The notes below the pieces were generated by a model. That model searched no databases, was not told where the DNA came from, and saw nothing but the letters and a program-made list of their open reading frames with translations. From positions 76,987 to 140,986 of the forward strand of contig JAALLF010000004.1 of NCBI GenBank assembly GCA_011087645.1: DNA of 64,000 bases, read 5' to 3'. A program made the translations under genes and the position numbers. Numbering within the stretch: position 1 is the stretch's first letter; each line of letters starts with the position of its first letter. This document shows, one piece after another, positions 61,054 to 64,000 of the stretch. This DNA comes from Alphaproteobacteria bacterium (GTDB lineage Bacteria > Pseudomonadota > Alphaproteobacteria > UBA6615).

Positions 61054-61515
61054 ATGGACGATAAATTCGACGTTGATTCAGACTTGGTTCGCAAACTGTC
61101 CGAACTTCTGACAGAAACCGGGCTCGGCGAAATCGAGTACGAGGATGGCGGCAAACGCATCAGAGTGGCCATGCCCGGCGCCGTGACAGCAATTGCCGCA
61201 ACCCCGCCGGTCACAGCTGTTCCGGCGCCGAGCGCGGAAACCGAAACTGGCGAGGCGAGCGCCGCGGAAGCATCGGCCCATCCCGGCGCCGTCACCTCAC
61301 CGATGGTGGGCACCATCTACATGTCGCCCGCGCCCGGCGAGGCGCCGTTTGTGCGCACCGGCGAATCAGTCGCCAAGGGGCAAACGATCCTGGTCGTGGA
61401 AGCAATGAAAACCTTCAATGAAATCGCCGCCCCACGCGCGGGCACCCTCGCCCGGTTTATCGTTTCCGACGGCCAGCCGGTCGAATATGGCGAAGCGCTC
61501 GCCCTGATTGAATAG
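61054..61515 (+). CDS. accB: Acetyl-CoA carboxylase biotin carboxyl carrier protein
   Basis: [15 protein letters not shown] biotinylation motif, PVEYG. Confidence 0.96.
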   Translation: MDDKFDVDSDLVRKLSELLTETGLGEIEYEDGGKRIRVAMPGAVTAIAATPPVTAVPAPSAETETGEASAAEASAHPGAVTSPMVGTIYMSPAPGEAPFVRTGESVAKGQTILVVEAMKTFNEIAAPRAGTLARFIVSDGQPVEYGEALALIE

Positions 61516-61531
61516 GGCCGGTCCAACCTCG

Positions 61532-62872
61532 ATGTTCGAAAAAATCCTCATCGCGAACCGCGGCGAGATTGCCTTACGCATTCATCGCGCCTGCAAGGAG
61601 ATGAGCATAGCCACGGTCGCCGTCCATTCGACGGCAGACGCCGAGGCGATGCATGTGCGCCTGGCCGACGAGAGCGTCTGCATCGGCCCCCCGGCGGCTA
61701 GCGAGAGTTATCTCAATATCCCCGCCATCGTTTCCGCGGCCACGGTCACCAACGCCGACGCCATTCACCCCGGTTATGGGTTCTTGTCGGAAAACGCCAA
61801 TTTCGCCCGCATCGTCGAAGAACATGACTTCGCGTTCATTGGACCGAAATCCGAGCACATTGCCGAGATGGGCGACAAGGTGGCGGCCAAGGCGGCGATG
61901 CGCGCCGCCAATGTTCCCGTCGTGCCGGGCTCGGACGGCGCGGTGAGCGATGCGGCCGAAGCCACCCGCGTGGCCGAGGAGATCGGCTATCCGGTTCTCA
62001 TCAAGGCGGCCTCGGGCGGCGGCGGCCGGGGCATGAAGGTGGTCACCAATAACGACGAAGTCAGCGCCGCCCTGAGCATGGCGCAGAACGAGGCCAAAAC
62101 CAATTTCGGCGACGCCACGGTGTATCTCGAAAAGTATTTGGGACAACCGCGACACATCGAGGTGCAGGTGCTCGCCGACGGACAAGGCAACGCCGTCCAC
62201 CTGTTCGAACGCGACTGCTCGTTGCAGCGCAACCACCAGAAGGTTCTCGAGGAAGCGCCGTCGCCGTCGCTCGCCGAAAGCGAGCGGCAGCGGATCGGTG
62301 AAATATGCTGCGCGGCGGCCCAACGCCTGGGCTATCGCAGCGCCGGCACGTTCGAGTTTCTGTACGAGAATGGCGAATTCTATTTCATCGAAATGAATAC
62401 CCGGGTGCAGGTCGAACATCCGATCACGGAAATGATCTGCGGCGTCGACATCGTGCGGGAAATGATCCGCATCGCCGCCGGCGAACCTCTGTCGCTCCGC
62501 CAAAAGGACATTGCGTTGAACGGCCACGCCATCGAGTGCCGGATCAATGCGGAGAACCCAGAGACGTTCGCGCCCTCGCCCGGCCGCATTACCGAGTTCC
62601 ATACGCCGGGTGGGCTCGGCGTGCGGGTCGATTCGGCGCTGTATGCCGGCTACACCGTGCCGCCCTATTACGACAGCCTGGTCGCGAAATTGATCGTTCA
62701 CGCAGGCAGTCGCGAAGATTGTCTGCTGCGGTTGCGCCGCGCGCTGGATGAAATGGTCGTCTCGGGCATCGAGACCACCATTCCGCTGCACCAGCACGTT
62801 ATCGACGATGCCTCATTTGCGGCCGGCGATTATGATATTCATTGGCTCGAGAAATTGGTGGCAGACAATTAA
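61532..62872 (+). CDS. accC: Acetyl-CoA carboxylase biotin carboxylase
   Basis: [52 protein letters not shown]. Confidence 0.97.
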   Translation: MFEKILIANRGEIALRIHRACKEMSIATVAVHSTADAEAMHVRLADESVCIGPPAASESYLNIPAIVSAATVTNADAIHPGYGFLSENANFARIVEEHDFAFIGPKSEHIAEMGDKVAAKAAMRAANVPVVPGSDGAVSDAAEATRVAEEIGYPVLIKAASGGGGRGMKVVTNNDEVSAALSMAQNEAKTNFGDATVYLEKYLGQPRHIEVQVLADGQGNAVHLFERDCSLQRNHQKVLEEAPSPSLAESERQRIGEICCAAAQRLGYRSAGTFEFLYENGEFYFIEMNTRVQVEHPITEMICGVDIVREMIRIAAGEPLSLRQKDIALNGHAIECRINAENPETFAPSPGRITEFHTPGGLGVRVDSALYAGYTVPPYYDSLVAKLIVHAGSREDCLLRLRRALDEMVVSGIETTIPLHQHVIDDASFAAGDYDIHWLEKLVADN

Positions 62873-62881
62873 GCGGCGCTG

Positions 62882-63532
62882 ATGACCGTCCTCACCCCGC
62901 AGACCCTGTTGGGCGCCTACGCCAGCGGCATTTTCCCAATGGCCGAAAGCCGTCACGATCCGGACCTCTACTGGATCGACCCCGATGTGCGCGGCATCAT
63001 CCCCCTCGCCGAGCTTCACATTCCGCGGCGATTACGGCGCACCCTGCGAAATGGCCCCTACGACATCCGCGCCGATTCCGATTTTATTGGGGTGATCAGG
63101 GGCTGCGCCGAGCAAACCCACGGCCGCCCCGACACCTGGATCAATACCGAGATCGAAGGGCTTTATAACGCGCTGTTCGATATGGGTTTCGCCCACTCGC
63201 TGGAAACCTGGCAGGACGGCGAATTGGTCGGCGGCCTCTATGGTGTCTCGCTGGGCGGCGCATTCTTTGGGGAAAGCATGTTTTCGCGCGCCCGCGACGC
63301 CAGCAAGGTGGCCCTGTGCCATTTGGCGGCGCGGCTGGTGAAAAGCGGCTTCACCTTGTTGGACACCCAGTTTCTAACCGAGCATCTGCGTCAATTCGGC
63401 GCCATTGAAATCGCCCGCCCCGACTATAAGGCGCGCCTTTCCGCGGCGATAAAGATCTCGGCGGTGTTTCAGCCCGAATTGTCCGGTGACGAGTTGGAAG
63501 CCTTCATACAGTCGACCACCCAGACATCGTAG
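62882..63532 (+). CDS. aat: Leucyl/phenylalanyl-tRNA--protein transferase
   Basis: [45 protein letters not shown]. Confidence 0.95.
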   Translation: MTVLTPQTLLGAYASGIFPMAESRHDPDLYWIDPDVRGIIPLAELHIPRRLRRTLRNGPYDIRADSDFIGVIRGCAEQTHGRPDTWINTEIEGLYNALFDMGFAHSLETWQDGELVGGLYGVSLGGAFFGESMFSRARDASKVALCHLAARLVKSGFTLLDTQFLTEHLRQFGAIEIARPDYKARLSAAIKISAVFQPELSGDELEAFIQSTTQTS

Positions 63533-63912
63533 ACCGCGTGCTCCAGGGCCGAGAGGGCCGGACTCGACGCGAACATCCACCCGCTAAACAATTCGATCGG
63601 GTCGCCGTCGAGGCGGGTATCCGTTATCTCGAGAAACGCCGTGCTCTCGGGCGGCTCGGTCGGCGGCGTTTTGTGACAGGCGCGCACGCGAATAGACAGG
63701 GTGCCGAAGCTCACCTCTTCATCGGTGGCGACCGGGAAGGTCGATATGCGTGCGGTAACCTTATCGAGGCCCTGTAACACCGCGCCCGGCGCGGACGGCG
63801 GCACCAGCGGGGGCTCGTCGCGAGATGATTGCGCTGTAGCCGGCAACGCCAGCATAGTAATAGCCACGGCGGTGCAGATGCTTAACGAGCTTATCGCTAT
63901 TGGCACGCTCAC
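63469..63912 (-). CDS. DUF2155 domain exported protein
   Basis: Signal peptide, [44 protein letters not shown]. Confidence 0.88.
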   Translation of the reverse strand: MSVPIAISSLSICTAVAITMLALPATAQSSRDEPPLVPPSAPGAVLQGLDKVTARISTFPVATDEEVSFGTLSIRVRACHKTPPTEPPESTAFLEITDTRLDGDPIELFSGWMFASSPALSALEHAVYDVWVVDCMKASNSSPDNSG

Positions 63913-64000
63913 CGCTCGTCCGTTGCCAGGAATATTATTTCCGACACGGTATCCTCCAGCGAGCGAAAATCGCGGGTCTGGGAAATTTCACCACCATCCG
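63909..64000 (-). CDS. 3' end of an upstream gene, possibly MlaD-like (partial)
   Basis: Reads ...[29 protein letters not shown]; its stop overlaps the DUF2155 GTG (GTGA). Resembles MlaD C-termini and the usual mlaD-DUF2155 synteny. Confidence 0.45.
   Translation of the reverse strand, partial: DGGEISQTRDFRSLEDTVSEIIFLATDER

Noticed and set aside
61574-62797. 407-aa ORF antisense to accC
   Set aside because: Same antisense shadow effect; no protein-family signature.
1-64000. Mobile elements, prophage, defence systems, rRNA/tRNA
   Set aside because: No transposase, integrase, phage, cas or RNA-gene signatures seen; the window is almost fully tiled by housekeeping CDSs.

Overview
This window is a gene-dense, GC-rich core-chromosome segment of an alphaproteobacterium. 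Gene order and the ldtR-like, mucR, rpoH2 and hppA genes suggest a Rhodospirillales-like lineage (inference). It holds about 71 CDSs. The main blocks are: fabH-plsX-rpmF-ihfA; bamE/hppA; the rpiB-glyA-nrdR-ribDEBH-nusB-thiL-(fliL x2)-rfnT run; acyl-CoA/valine catabolism; hemB; motAB; a TRAP transporter; parC-recO-era-rnc-lepB-acpS-pdxJ-spoT-rpoZ-folK; hppD; and aroQ-accBC-aat. I saw no rRNA, tRNA, CRISPR array, prophage or IS element. The most notable observations are: (1) a MarR regulator with a 9-Cys C-terminal domain divergent from a sigma-32 (rpoH2) gene, with three TATCG-N3-CGATA-type boxes between them, two containing GANTC; (2) tandem NrdR-box-like motifs 31 bp apart upstream of parC; (3) a TRAP system with an 888-aa DctM carrying a ~337-aa soluble helical tail, plus a double-length DctQ; (4) a CxxCH heme-c chemoreceptor; (5) two fliL-like genes embedded in the riboflavin/thiL operon; (6) an NYN protein with an altered catalytic motif and a Tyr/Asp repeat tail; (7) a perfect 20-bp palindrome between hppD and a MarR gene; and (8) CtrA-type boxes. 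All calls come from motif recognition by eye; no database searches were run.
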